Positions 10,046-18,757 of a DNA stretch of 64,000 bases are shown here, in pieces. A program made the translations under genes and the position numbers. Each line of letters begins with the position of its first letter. Within the stretch, counting starts at the first letter, position 1. The notes beneath the pieces were generated by a model. It worked only from the letters and a program-made list of their open reading frames with translations, did no database searches and had not been told where the DNA came from. The stretch is from a virus, in the IMG/VR virus record IMGVR_UViG_3300007722_000007, positions 10,451-74,450 of that record, one strand, 5' to 3'.

Positions 10046-10583
10046 TGCGTATCCTTTCGTAAACCACGTCTAATTGCTTCCAATCTACAGCCTTAAGTCC
10101 CTCTTTGTTGATGCTGGGCCAGCTGTAATTATTTACACCTAAGTGCGTTTGTGCCATTTCTTCCAGGATCCAGGCATCGCATCGGTCATCTCCACCTTTG
10201 CCACTCCAAATAATTCCCGTTCGCGCCGATACCGATGAAACCACTTCGGTCTTTGAAGCGTTCCCCCGTCCTGTGGCAAATTTCGCACGGCAGGTTGGCG
10301 GTATTTCTACAAATGGTATCCCGGCTCTAAATAGGCTTAATCTCACAACGCCGCCGAGCTCACCAATTGAAAAAGCCTGACCGCTTCGTGAAGCAAAAGA
10401 ATAGCCCTCAATCAGCGCAACGTCAATAGCGTTTAGGGAAATAATTTTAATAATTGATTCGGAGACTTCGTCTAGGCGCTCAACGCCATTCGTGCTGGGC
10501 GTTATAACTCCGGTAACCCCGGCGTGCGAATGACCCGTGGATCGTAATGATAAATCTAGGCCCAGCAACCTTATATTTCGCAT
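10035..10583 (-). CDS. ruvC: RuvC-like Holliday junction resolvase
   Basis: LGLDLSLRSTG, IEGY, GELGGVVR, KFATGRGNASK and DDRCDA motifs of the RuvC family. Confidence 0.85.
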   Translation of the reverse strand: MRNIRLLGLDLSLRSTGHSHAGVTGVITPSTNGVERLDEVSESIIKIISLNAIDVALIEGYSFASRSGQAFSIGELGGVVRLSLFRAGIPFVEIPPTCRAKFATGRGNASKTEVVSSVSARTGIIWSGKGGDDRCDAWILEEMAQTHLGVNNYSWPSINKEGLKAVDWKQLDVVYERIRSEE

Positions 10584-10606
10584 AATGGGATACTAGCCGC
10601 ATTGGC

Positions 10607-10642
10607 AAAAACCCGCCGAACATCTAGCCGGCCCGGCGGGTT
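10607..10642 (-). terminator. Putative intrinsic terminator
   Basis: Minus strand reads AACCCGCCG-N15-CGGCGGGTT followed by TTT. Confidence 0.5.
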
Positions 10643-10811
10643 GCATGTAAATAAATTTACTTATGCGATTTGCCGTAGTTTGCCTACCAGATCTTTGACC
10701 ACCTGCCCCTCGTTTCGGTTCGGATACAATTTGGCTAGATAGGTAAAGCGTAGCATTTGAAAATAGACGATGCCGTAAATAATAATCTAAATATTCACGA
10801 AATAAATAGGA

Positions 10812-10849
10812 CGCAAAAACCGAGTGAGCTCCCCCACCCGGTCTTTGCG
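10812..10849 (-). other. 15-bp RNA stem-loop in an intergenic region (possible small RNA or terminator)
   Basis: Minus strand reads CGCAAAGACCGGGTG-GGGGAGCT-CACTCGGTTTTTGCG. The two mismatches are G-U pairs only on this strand. Confidence 0.5.
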
Positions 10850-10958
10850 CCTATAACGGTCCTAAGGCTCTCTAGTTTACACCCCCAAAAATATGAACCG
10901 ATAAACAAAGTTATTCATTTTAAAAAATATGAGATGTATACTTGTTTATCTGCGCCTA

Positions 10959-11261
10959 TTATTCTTCCCAGCCGTGTTTAGCTAGACCCAAGTCAAAAGC
11001 TAATTGGGGTTGGTCCCCAATTCTGGAATGACACGGTCTACATACGCACATTATATTTTCCTTATCCAAAATCGATCCGCCCTGCGACCGGCGCTTTATC
11101 TCGTGCAGATCAGTAGACGGATTGCGCCTGTACATCTTCTTTTCGTCATGCTGTGCAAAAATCGGGCACGCCTGGCACCATGGGATAGCGGCGAGCATTT
11201 CCACCACCAATTTCCGGCGCTCTATATATTTTTTCTGAGTTTTTTCAGATCTCTGTTTCAA
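10959..11261 (-). CDS. Small HNH-type endonuclease
   Basis: CQAC...DLHEIKRRSQGG...NIMCVCRPCH: zinc-binding HNH pattern. Confidence 0.75.
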   Translation of the reverse strand: MKQRSEKTQKKYIERRKLVVEMLAAIPWCQACPIFAQHDEKKMYRRNPSTDLHEIKRRSQGGSILDKENIMCVCRPCHSRIGDQPQLAFDLGLAKHGWEE

Positions 11262-11791
11262 TTGACCTCCCCATCTAGTATCTCATCAAATAACCACTCT
11301 CCGTCCAGCGACGCCCACAGGGCGGTATCCCATTGCGTCGGTTCAACATCATGTTTATCAAGACATTTTTGATGCTCGATAATGGCCGCACGACAAATTT
11401 CCGTTAACGCATGAGCGTCGGCCTGATCATTCGTCTGAATATAAACTTCTAATAGATTTGTAGCTTCGGTGATACTTCTATCAATATGACGCCTAAAACT
11501 TTGAATCTTTCGCAACTTGGCCTTGTAATATATGTGCGTCTCGGCCAACAACAAAACGCCGTCCACGCTCATTGAACTATAAAGGTCCGTGTCTGCGTCG
11601 TAGTCAGATTGGATGTCGTCAATTTGGTCATTGATGTTATTCAGCAATTCATTTAGGCACAATACCCACCGGTCACAATTATCATGTAACCGCAGCAGGG
11701 CTTTTTGCTCGCCACTGGTTTTGTTTTTGACATCCTGCGCAACAAGATATGCAAACGCATCGTCCGACATTTCGCGTTTAACCGTATTCAT
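11258..11791 (-). CDS. Hypothetical coiled-coil protein
   Basis: The track starts this ORF at 11908; the likely start is ATG 11791 (MNTVKREMS), after GGGGG and past the upstream stop codon. Confidence 0.6.
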   Translation of the reverse strand: MNTVKREMSDDAFAYLVAQDVKNKTSGEQKALLRLHDNCDRWVLCLNELLNNINDQIDDIQSDYDADTDLYSSMSVDGVLLLAETHIYYKAKLRKIQSFRRHIDRSITEATNLLEVYIQTNDQADAHALTEICRAAIIEHQKCLDKHDVEPTQWDTALWASLDGEWLFDEILDGEVN

Positions 11792-11816
11792 ATATCCCCC
11801 ACCATGGGTATTTAAT

Positions 11817-12608
11817 CTATTGCTTGTTCCAATATTCACAGACCGTAGTCTTAAAGTGACACCAGTTGCAAAGTATCGTTGGATTAGCCGGCCACTTATT
11901 CGTGTCAAACGCGGTATGTACGCGTTCGCTCACCGACTCGACCATTGTGGAAACGGAATCTACATCCGTCTGCGTTACCTCTTTAGAAAAACGAGTCGCG
12001 TCTTTTAGGTACAGTAGCTCAACTAAGTCGACCTTGACGTCTTCGGTTTCTGCCAAAACGATTGCATAAATAAGCAACTGAGGAAACTTATCATCCAAAT
12101 AACGAGGCTTTGGGGTTTTCCCGGTTTTATAATCAGATACAGTCAGTTGACCATTAATTGGGCCCCAGCGGTCGATAAATCCCTTGATCCGGATTCCGCG
12201 TATGTGTCCGTTCAGTTCTGTTTCAACACCACTTGGCACTATTGATTCGGGCGATTCAAGCTTAAATACATTCTCGATACACCACCACGAATTCCACAGA
12301 AAGTCATTTAGCTTTGTTTTGCCGAGATACGGACTAACCCTTTCGGCCCAGCCACCCTCTGCCCATATCTGAGATGATACAGCTTTTGCTGAAGCCTGAT
12401 TACGCTCTGGACCCGGGATGGTTAAATAAAAATTCTCAAGCACATCGTGGACAAAGTTGCCCATCAATGTCTGCATCGTCGGTGGCTCACTCATCTTGTT
12501 CACCCGCGAATACTTATACTTCAACGGGCATTGCACAAATGTAGACAGAGACGACGGAGAAAAATATTCCGGCAATTCGTATGGCAGATCGCCGACTACG
12601 CCCGTCAT
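11817..12608 (-). CDS. PD-(D/E)XK RecB/Cas4-like exonuclease
   Basis: SPSSL...CP, GNFVH, GFIDR, DYKTG, QLLIYA and a C-terminal CNWC...C Fe-S-type cysteine set. Confidence 0.85.
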   Translation of the reverse strand: MTGVVGDLPYELPEYFSPSSLSTFVQCPLKYKYSRVNKMSEPPTMQTLMGNFVHDVLENFYLTIPGPERNQASAKAVSSQIWAEGGWAERVSPYLGKTKLNDFLWNSWWCIENVFKLESPESIVPSGVETELNGHIRGIRIKGFIDRWGPINGQLTVSDYKTGKTPKPRYLDDKFPQLLIYAIVLAETEDVKVDLVELLYLKDATRFSKEVTQTDVDSVSTMVESVSERVHTAFDTNKWPANPTILCNWCHFKTTVCEYWNKQ

Positions 12609-13276
12609 GAAACGGCTACCGGAACTCCCCCGAGGGATATTATGGCGGCTTCCTCAATCAAAAACACGAGTTCTGCACTTGTAACCACGGACGGACCAGA
12701 CGGAGCCGGCGCATTATTGCTAAATGTTTCCCATTTCTGACGCAATTTCTTTTTTCCGTCATCCGTGAGTTTCTGGGTCATACCAGTGAAATTGCTCCAC
12801 AGAATTAAATGCTCCGGATCGACGGGTGGTTGTTCTGGGCGAGAGTATTGATCGTCTATCACTTGCTCGATCTCTATCGCGTCATCGGAGCGGGCCAAGT
12901 ATAAACCAACGCCAAGTGTCTGCGCCGCCTTTTTCAAAGCATCCGAAATTGCGCCCTTGAATTCATCACCCAAATCGACAATGATGCCGGCTTTAGTGCG
13001 CTTAATTTTTTGCCCACCAATTCCGTCGCGTATTACCTCCGCGGCCCCGGCGACGTTCCACACGAGACGAACATGAGCAATCACGAAATCGGGATCAATC
13101 GCATCGCGCTCGCACCTCTCCACCGTGAAGGACCATTGCTCGACGCCGAGAACTTTATTCAAACGGGTAATTATTTCGCTTACGGGGATGTAGGTAAAAT
13201 TCGTTCCCCCCTTGTTTAGGGTCCGTTCCATTTCCGGCGGGAACACCTCGGTTAACTGCGAATATGTCAATGTCAT
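12605..13276 (-). CDS. Rad52/Sak-like single-strand annealing protein
   Basis: FTYI...RLNKVLG...W...KGAISDALKKAAQTLGVGLYL motif. Confidence 0.85.
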   Translation of the reverse strand: MTLTYSQLTEVFPPEMERTLNKGGTNFTYIPVSEIITRLNKVLGVEQWSFTVERCERDAIDPDFVIAHVRLVWNVAGAAEVIRDGIGGQKIKRTKAGIIVDLGDEFKGAISDALKKAAQTLGVGLYLARSDDAIEIEQVIDDQYSRPEQPPVDPEHLILWSNFTGMTQKLTDDGKKKLRQKWETFSNNAPAPSGPSVVTSAELVFLIEEAAIISLGGVPVAVS

Positions 13277-13326
13277 AATCTCTCCTACTTACTTGTTGGT
13301 GTTATATGTTAATAAACAGTCTGTAG

Positions 13327-13845
13327 TTACTTTACTCGCCGAACAATAATGCTTGTCTTCGCTTCGCTTACTTCGCAGTATCTATCGGCGTTAATTCCGA
13401 TTTTGGAAAGTTCCTTTACGCGCCAATACGATGGATTGCAGTAATCTAGAAGCTTTACAACCATGTCCTGCGGCGACATTATCACCTCTCCGGTCTGCAT
13501 GTCAATAGCCATGTCGCCCAAGCGACTTGCTACATTTTTTGCAATCCCGATGTGGTCCCACGTTTTTCGGTCGCTACCGGCCCGCTTTTCAATTTTTATT
13601 CCGTTGGGCGTTATGTACTCTGGGATTGTCCCCATTTTTGTGGAAATAAGGAATGTGGCAGTGTCGTAAACTATGGCCATATCGCTCTTTAGGTCGTTCA
13701 TCTCAAGGATGATCGGATAAACATCGTCCATGGTCGCGGTCTTATCATCCGTCATCTGCGCCAGCATTCTAGAAAGAATCAGCAGGTCGTCCGCAACGGA
13801 TTTAATTTTTCTACTGATTGTCTCAACAGTTACATCTGGAATCAT
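13327..13845 (-). CDS. Hypothetical protein
   Basis: 172-aa ORF co-oriented within the recombination module. Confidence 0.65.
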   Translation of the reverse strand: MIPDVTVETISRKIKSVADDLLILSRMLAQMTDDKTATMDDVYPIILEMNDLKSDMAIVYDTATFLISTKMGTIPEYITPNGIKIEKRAGSDRKTWDHIGIAKNVASRLGDMAIDMQTGEVIMSPQDMVVKLLDYCNPSYWRVKELSKIGINADRYCEVSEAKTSIIVRRVK

Positions 13846-13871
13846 GGCGCCCCTAAGGCTTCGTGGTTATA

Positions 13872-16202
13872 TCAGATGATGATAACCGTTGGCCGCCTAA
13901 AAGGCAACCCCAAACCAGCTAAATGTGTAAAAGCTCCAACGGCGGAGTCAACCTGGTCATCATGGCTACAGGCCTCAGGAAAGGACGACGCCTCGTCAAG
14001 CCAATCGCTAAGCCACGGGCCACGGACAAGCCTCACATTGCCGTTGGCGGCAGCCGCGGCAAATGGCCTGGCTCGGGTTAATTTATCCCCAGTCGAGCGA
14101 ATTCCTAAAAAATCATGCCCTGGAAGAATATATCTGGCATATTGGTCGATAAGGGCCTTCCCAGACGATCCGGGCTCCTGCTCCATACGCACCGCCACAC
14201 TCGGTCCATCTTCGGCGGCCGTCTGGGCGACCAGACGTTCAACCTTTTCGCCCTTTACTCTAACTCGCTTAATATCCAATATGTAAAAAATGCCGGATTC
14301 AAATAGGCCGAGCGTGCCAACGGTCCAGTCTGGATCCGTGTTCCCGGGATGGGGTTCGGTGGCGGCTAAATCCCAAAACCTACAAGCCCTAGCACCCATC
14401 CCAGCAGCTGGGACCTCTGAGGGGTCAATAATAACAAAGGATTCTCGGTCAAATAGGGTCCCCAATGTTGTTGCCCACCAGTCGCCCTCTTCTAGGCGGC
14501 GTCGCTCAATTGGATCTAGGGCCGCTAGGGCCATGCGATACGACTCAACGTCAATGCCGGGGTTATCCGTCAAAAGCGATGGTACAAATATCCGATTTGT
14601 AGTGTCGCCCTCAACGATAAATCGCTGCCTGACCCAATTCGGCGCAGGGTTTGATGCAGCGCGCATCCTCAATGGGACCTTTGACAGTTCGCCGCTAGCC
14701 GGTCGACGCAAACGGGAAAATAGATATCTGTAATCCGATTCCCGGATTTCCGTTACTTCGTCCATCCCAATGAATTGAAACTCCGAGTTTCCAGTCCAGA
14801 CAACGCGTCCATTGTGTCTAGTTAAAAAGGTGTGATGAGGGGGAACAGTTAAGCAGTGAACGGTGCCGACGTAATGCTTGGCAACTATTGGTTGTCCATC
14901 GCCAAAAGAAATCATTCTATCTTGGTCGGCTGTTTCAAGTAAAAACACATGGAACGCCAAAACATCGTGTTCTTTTCCATCGGGCGTAGTGGTGTGGTCC
15001 TGGCGCTCATTAAGGGTGGCCCTAAAGCCACAATGCTGTGCAAGCCTCATCACGCCATCGGCCAACTCGCGCGAAACAGTTACATAGTGACCACTTTTTT
15101 CGGTGCGCCATGTTCCGTCCCCTTCAACCAAGGATTGCAAAAGAAGCCGAGCGTATTTTGTTTTCCAGGTAAAGACCTCGTCGGGAATCCGTTTGTGATA
15201 AGCGCCCTTGCCGGTATGTTCATCCAGCCAGTCGGCGAGTTTTGTATTTGTGAATACAAGATTCCTGGGGCTATCCCTGACATAAGCACCGGAATGTTCA
15301 AGCAGACTCACCAGGACATCCTTGTATGTCCTGCTGTGTCCGTCGTGGAGCGAAATTTGTATGGTTCCTTTATTAGTACACCCCTCCGCAATATGCCAAC
15401 CAAGGAAAGTTGCCCAATTCTCTGCGCCGAAAATGATGTCAGAACTATGCTGTCTGCCTCGCGCCGAACTCGGGAACACGGATGCCCCCGTGTCAATACC
15501 GCCAATAAAATGACCCGCCTGTGGGAATCTTGCCGCTATTGGCAATTCATCCGTTCTGTATTTGCGAAGTTTCTTTACCCTCTGCGTTGAAACCCACCAT
15601 GTGTGGTCTGCGGTCACGGCGAACGAAACATCCGAGCCCTCTCTCGGACTATAGATTAGTCCGTCGTGGTCATAGACCCACGTATGGGTTACCGATTGAT
15701 AATCCCATTCTCGTGTTTCCGGATTCATTGAAGCGACCAATTCGCCAACCTGAATATCTTCTATTTTCCTCCATCCGGAAGTAGTTAAAACCTCTGTTCC
15801 CTTAATGCACGGGCCCTTATACCGCTGAAAGTCGTCCTTGTTATTAAGGTAACCAAAGGTTATTCGCGCCCCCGATGGGAAGGTGGCGATAAAGCTATTG
15901 TTGTTCCAGTGTATTTGGTCATTTTCGGCGACCCAGAATTTGAATCTGTCCATAAGTGCGCCGGGGAGAGATAGGTCCGAGAATGTCCGCCGGAACAAAA
16001 TGGCCGAATAATTCGGCACGTCCACGTACTGTAGAGCACTCATGAGCAGTGCGGAACTTTTCCCGCCACCAGCTGCTCCACCAAATAGGGCTTCAAGCGC
16101 ATAGGTCCGAAGAAAAACCTTCTGCGTGAGCGACGGTTCCTCTAGGCAAAACAGCGACGGGCGCGGCTGTAGGTACTCGTAAACTTTCTCCCAATCAGTC
16201 AT
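13872..16202 (-). CDS. terL: Terminase large subunit with intein
   Basis: Walker A GGAAGGGKS, Walker B FIGMDE, ASNP motif, nuclease motifs WDLA and HDDQVD. Confidence 0.93.
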   Translation of the reverse strand: MTDWEKVYEYLQPRPSLFCLEEPSLTQKVFLRTYALEALFGGAAGGGKSSALLMSALQYVDVPNYSAILFRRTFSDLSLPGALMDRFKFWVAENDQIHWNNNSFIATFPSGARITFGYLNNKDDFQRYKGPCIKGTEVLTTSGWRKIEDIQVGELVASMNPETREWDYQSVTHTWVYDHDGLIYSPREGSDVSFAVTADHTWWVSTQRVKKLRKYRTDELPIAARFPQAGHFIGGIDTGASVFPSSARGRQHSSDIIFGAENWATFLGWHIAEGCTNKGTIQISLHDGHSRTYKDVLVSLLEHSGAYVRDSPRNLVFTNTKLADWLDEHTGKGAYHKRIPDEVFTWKTKYARLLLQSLVEGDGTWRTEKSGHYVTVSRELADGVMRLAQHCGFRATLNERQDHTTTPDGKEHDVLAFHVFLLETADQDRMISFGDGQPIVAKHYVGTVHCLTVPPHHTFLTRHNGRVVWTGNSEFQFIGMDEVTEIRESDYRYLFSRLRRPASGELSKVPLRMRAASNPAPNWVRQRFIVEGDTTNRIFVPSLLTDNPGIDVESYRMALAALDPIERRRLEEGDWWATTLGTLFDRESFVIIDPSEVPAAGMGARACRFWDLAATEPHPGNTDPDWTVGTLGLFESGIFYILDIKRVRVKGEKVERLVAQTAAEDGPSVAVRMEQEPGSSGKALIDQYARYILPGHDFLGIRSTGDKLTRARPFAAAAANGNVRLVRGPWLSDWLDEASSFPEACSHDDQVDSAVGAFTHLAGLGLPFRRPTVIII
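14787..15812 (-). mobile_element. Intein (342 aa) with LAGLIDADG homing endonuclease and class-3 signature
   Basis: RYKG|PCIKGTEVLTTSGW...VTADHTWW...VHCLTV...VVWTGN|SEFQFIGMDE. LAGLIDADG-like helices FLGWHIAEG and LQSLVEGDG. Confidence 0.9.
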
Positions 16203-16274
16203 TTGTCTCCGCGTCCATCTTTAGTGATAGATTTAGACTACCGTGCCAAAAGGTCGCGGAAGTGAAAGAGGATA

Positions 16275-16463
16275 ATGAATATCCCCAATTGGGTTAGAAC
16301 AGCACAGGCAAAGATACTGAATCGTGCAATGGTTGCCAATATTCTGATATTTTGCTTTATACTGTTAGGTGGTATAGGTGCATTTTTAATTAACGTCCCC
16401 GCAGGATTTATCTCCCTTGGTGTTGCTTGTGGCGTAGTCGGCTTTTTGCTTGGGATGGAGTAG
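16275..16463 (+). CDS. Small two-transmembrane-segment protein
   Basis: 62 aa with two hydrophobic stretches; GAGG SD; immediately before the portal gene. Confidence 0.65.
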   Translation: MNIPNWVRTAQAKILNRAMVANILIFCFILLGGIGAFLINVPAGFISLGVACGVVGFLLGME

Positions 16464-16472
16464 GCGTAAACA

Positions 16473-18692
16473 ATGGCGTGGAATTCATCACAGAACAAGG
16501 GTTTGCGTTCATCGCAATCCAAAAATGCCCATGTCGGGCTGGGCGCACCGGTTTCATATAACCCAGCCAATGTGGGTAGGCCGTACCGCGACTCTTGGGA
16601 TATTGAAAGAGCCTATAAAGAGGGGTTCCAGAAAGTCACCTGGGTAAGTAGATGCATAGACGCAATTGCGGGAAATCAATCTCGCTTGCCGGCGATATTA
16701 AGAGCGGACAATAGCCCTCAGGGGCGCATTCTGCGCGATAAGGACGAATCAATCTTAAGTCTGTTAAATACAAAAGCGAACGTAGGGGAAAATTCCTTTG
16801 TTTTTAGATATCGTCTATCGTCACAATTGCTTATGTCTTCTCGTGGGGCTTTTATTGAAAAGGTCCGCGGTCGTAATGGCGAACTAATCGCCTTACAATT
16901 ACTGCCACCGCAACATACTGCGCCCATCCCCGATCCGAGAACATTTGTTTCCGGCTTTGAGGTTGACATGCGTAACGGCACAAAGATAATCCTTAATCCA
17001 GACGATGTCGTTTGGATAAGAAAGCCGCACCCGCTCGATCCCTATCTATCGTTAACTCCAATGGAGGCCGCGGGAATAGCTATTGAAATAGAGAATTTAG
17101 CAAAAATCTACAATAGGAACTTTTTGTTGAATGATGGTCGACCTGGTGGCCTCTTGGTCGTGCGTGGAGAAATTGATGACGACGACAAAGATGAGCTAAG
17201 AAACCGGTTTAGGGGCAATATAAATAGAGCCGGGGCGGTTACGGTCGTCTCGTCGGATGAAGGGGTGGATTTTGTCGATACCGGACAGAGCCCGCGCGAT
17301 GCTAACTATGTACAAATGCGCCAGTTGCAAAAAGAGGAGATTCTGGCGGCATTCGGGGTCCCTGAATCGGTAATCGGAAACGCCGCTGGGCGAACATTCT
17401 CAAACGCCGCAGAAGAGCACAAGGTTTTCTGGAATGAAACAATGCTCCCACACCTAGAGTTGCTTGCGCGTGGCCTGGACGAACTACACCCAAAGTACTA
17501 TGTCGATTTTGACGTGACCGACGTGCCGGTGCTTGTTCTTTACAAACAAGAACGAGACAGATATCTGCTTAACGAATTCCAACAGGGGCTAATCAGTGGC
17601 AACGAATACAGGGAGGGAGCCGGCAGGAAGAATATTGATTCAGAATTAATGGATGCGATGCTGGCGAATCCCAACCTAACGCCGATTGGCTATACCAATA
17701 AAAAGTTTGATCCGACCGTTCAGCAACAGGTGGACGCGCCCCTCCAGGGTGCGCCGGGCGCGCCACAAGCTCCCGGGGTTCCACCAATGTTGCCGCCCGC
17801 AACGGGATTCGGACCGGAAGTCGTACCACAACCGGCGGAGGGAATGACGGCAACACTAAATGCCGAAGCCATCGCCGCCCAACAGGCAGCGTCAATGGGC
17901 GGAATATCGGGAAAATCAGACGATGACATTACAACAAAAGACACGCCCATGGATGAGTGGGCAACAAAAGCGGAAGAGTCATCCGACCGATGGACGGAAA
18001 TTCTGGACAGCAGCTTAGAAAGATATTTTGAAAGACAGCAACGTGTGATTCTAGAGAAAGCGTCGGGTAATAAATCCAAAAAGGGACTTGAGGCAAAATC
18101 CTTAGATCCAGAGGCTATTTTTGATATTGCAGTCTGGAATAAACAAATGAATCAAGATATGCGTCCGATTCTTTCGGGAATAATGAATGATGCGGCCGTA
18201 ATCGTTTCCCAAGAGGCAAACATGCAAGGCGAAATAGATGAGCAAGACGCCAAGGAACATCTTGACTCCCAAATGGAGCGGTTTGAAAAAGTTAACTCAA
18301 CAACAGCGGCCGAAATAGCCGCAGCCGTTCTTATCGCAACATCGCTGGACGACGACGAGGACAGAGCGGGGATGCTGCAGGCCGCAGTGGCGGCGATTTT
18401 TGTAAACCTGCTGACAAAACGCCGTCGCACAATAGCTGAACATGAGTCCCAAACGGCATTTAACGCTGGCACCTATTACACTGGCAGGTCCATCGGCGCA
18501 ATAAATAAAACTTGGATTTCGGAGAGAGACCCATTGGTGCGACCAGAACACGTAGCGCTCAGTGGCAAATCGGTTGGGATGCTTGAGCCATTTAGGGTCG
18601 GTGATGATCTAATCAGATTCCCGGGCGATCCATTTGCACCGCCACATTTAACAATTAATTGCAGATGCCGCTTGCGATTTGACATTGGATAG
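16473..18692 (+). CDS. HK97-type portal protein fused to a MuF (SPP1 gp7-like) minor head domain
   Basis: Portal motifs (RCIDAIA, NDGRPGGLL, ILAAFGVP, FSNA, ISGNEYR), a Pro-rich linker, then TIAEHES...KTWISERDPLVRPEH...INCRCRL. Confidence 0.9.
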   Translation: MAWNSSQNKGLRSSQSKNAHVGLGAPVSYNPANVGRPYRDSWDIERAYKEGFQKVTWVSRCIDAIAGNQSRLPAILRADNSPQGRILRDKDESILSLLNTKANVGENSFVFRYRLSSQLLMSSRGAFIEKVRGRNGELIALQLLPPQHTAPIPDPRTFVSGFEVDMRNGTKIILNPDDVVWIRKPHPLDPYLSLTPMEAAGIAIEIENLAKIYNRNFLLNDGRPGGLLVVRGEIDDDDKDELRNRFRGNINRAGAVTVVSSDEGVDFVDTGQSPRDANYVQMRQLQKEEILAAFGVPESVIGNAAGRTFSNAAEEHKVFWNETMLPHLELLARGLDELHPKYYVDFDVTDVPVLVLYKQERDRYLLNEFQQGLISGNEYREGAGRKNIDSELMDAMLANPNLTPIGYTNKKFDPTVQQQVDAPLQGAPGAPQAPGVPPMLPPATGFGPEVVPQPAEGMTATLNAEAIAAQQAASMGGISGKSDDDITTKDTPMDEWATKAEESSDRWTEILDSSLERYFERQQRVILEKASGNKSKKGLEAKSLDPEAIFDIAVWNKQMNQDMRPILSGIMNDAAVIVSQEANMQGEIDEQDAKEHLDSQMERFEKVNSTTAAEIAAAVLIATSLDDDEDRAGMLQAAVAAIFVNLLTKRRRTIAEHESQTAFNAGTYYTGRSIGAINKTWISERDPLVRPEHVALSGKSVGMLEPFRVGDDLIRFPGDPFAPPHLTINCRCRLRFDIG

Positions 18693-18757
18693 AGCGTTCC
18701 ACAAATTCCGTAGTTTATTAAAACCGTTCCCGTCAAAAGCGGTTTATTAGTTTAATA

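Noticed and set aside
10809-10822. c-di-GMP-I riboswitch-like GGACGCAAA
   Set aside because: No upstream GGCAAAC/GAAA stem on the same strand; the segment is better explained as one arm of the minus-strand hairpin.
11817-12608. Cas4 as part of a CRISPR-Cas system
   Set aside because: No array or other cas genes are visible; the context next to Rad52/Sak and RuvC genes fits a recombination exonuclease.
892-15784. Plus-strand ORFs over the tail, recombination and terminase genes
   Set aside because: They are antisense to well-supported minus-strand genes.
15807-15809. Intein starting at Cys (class 1)
   Set aside because: Block A spacing, the restored extein and the W-C-T triplet favour Pro as residue 1.
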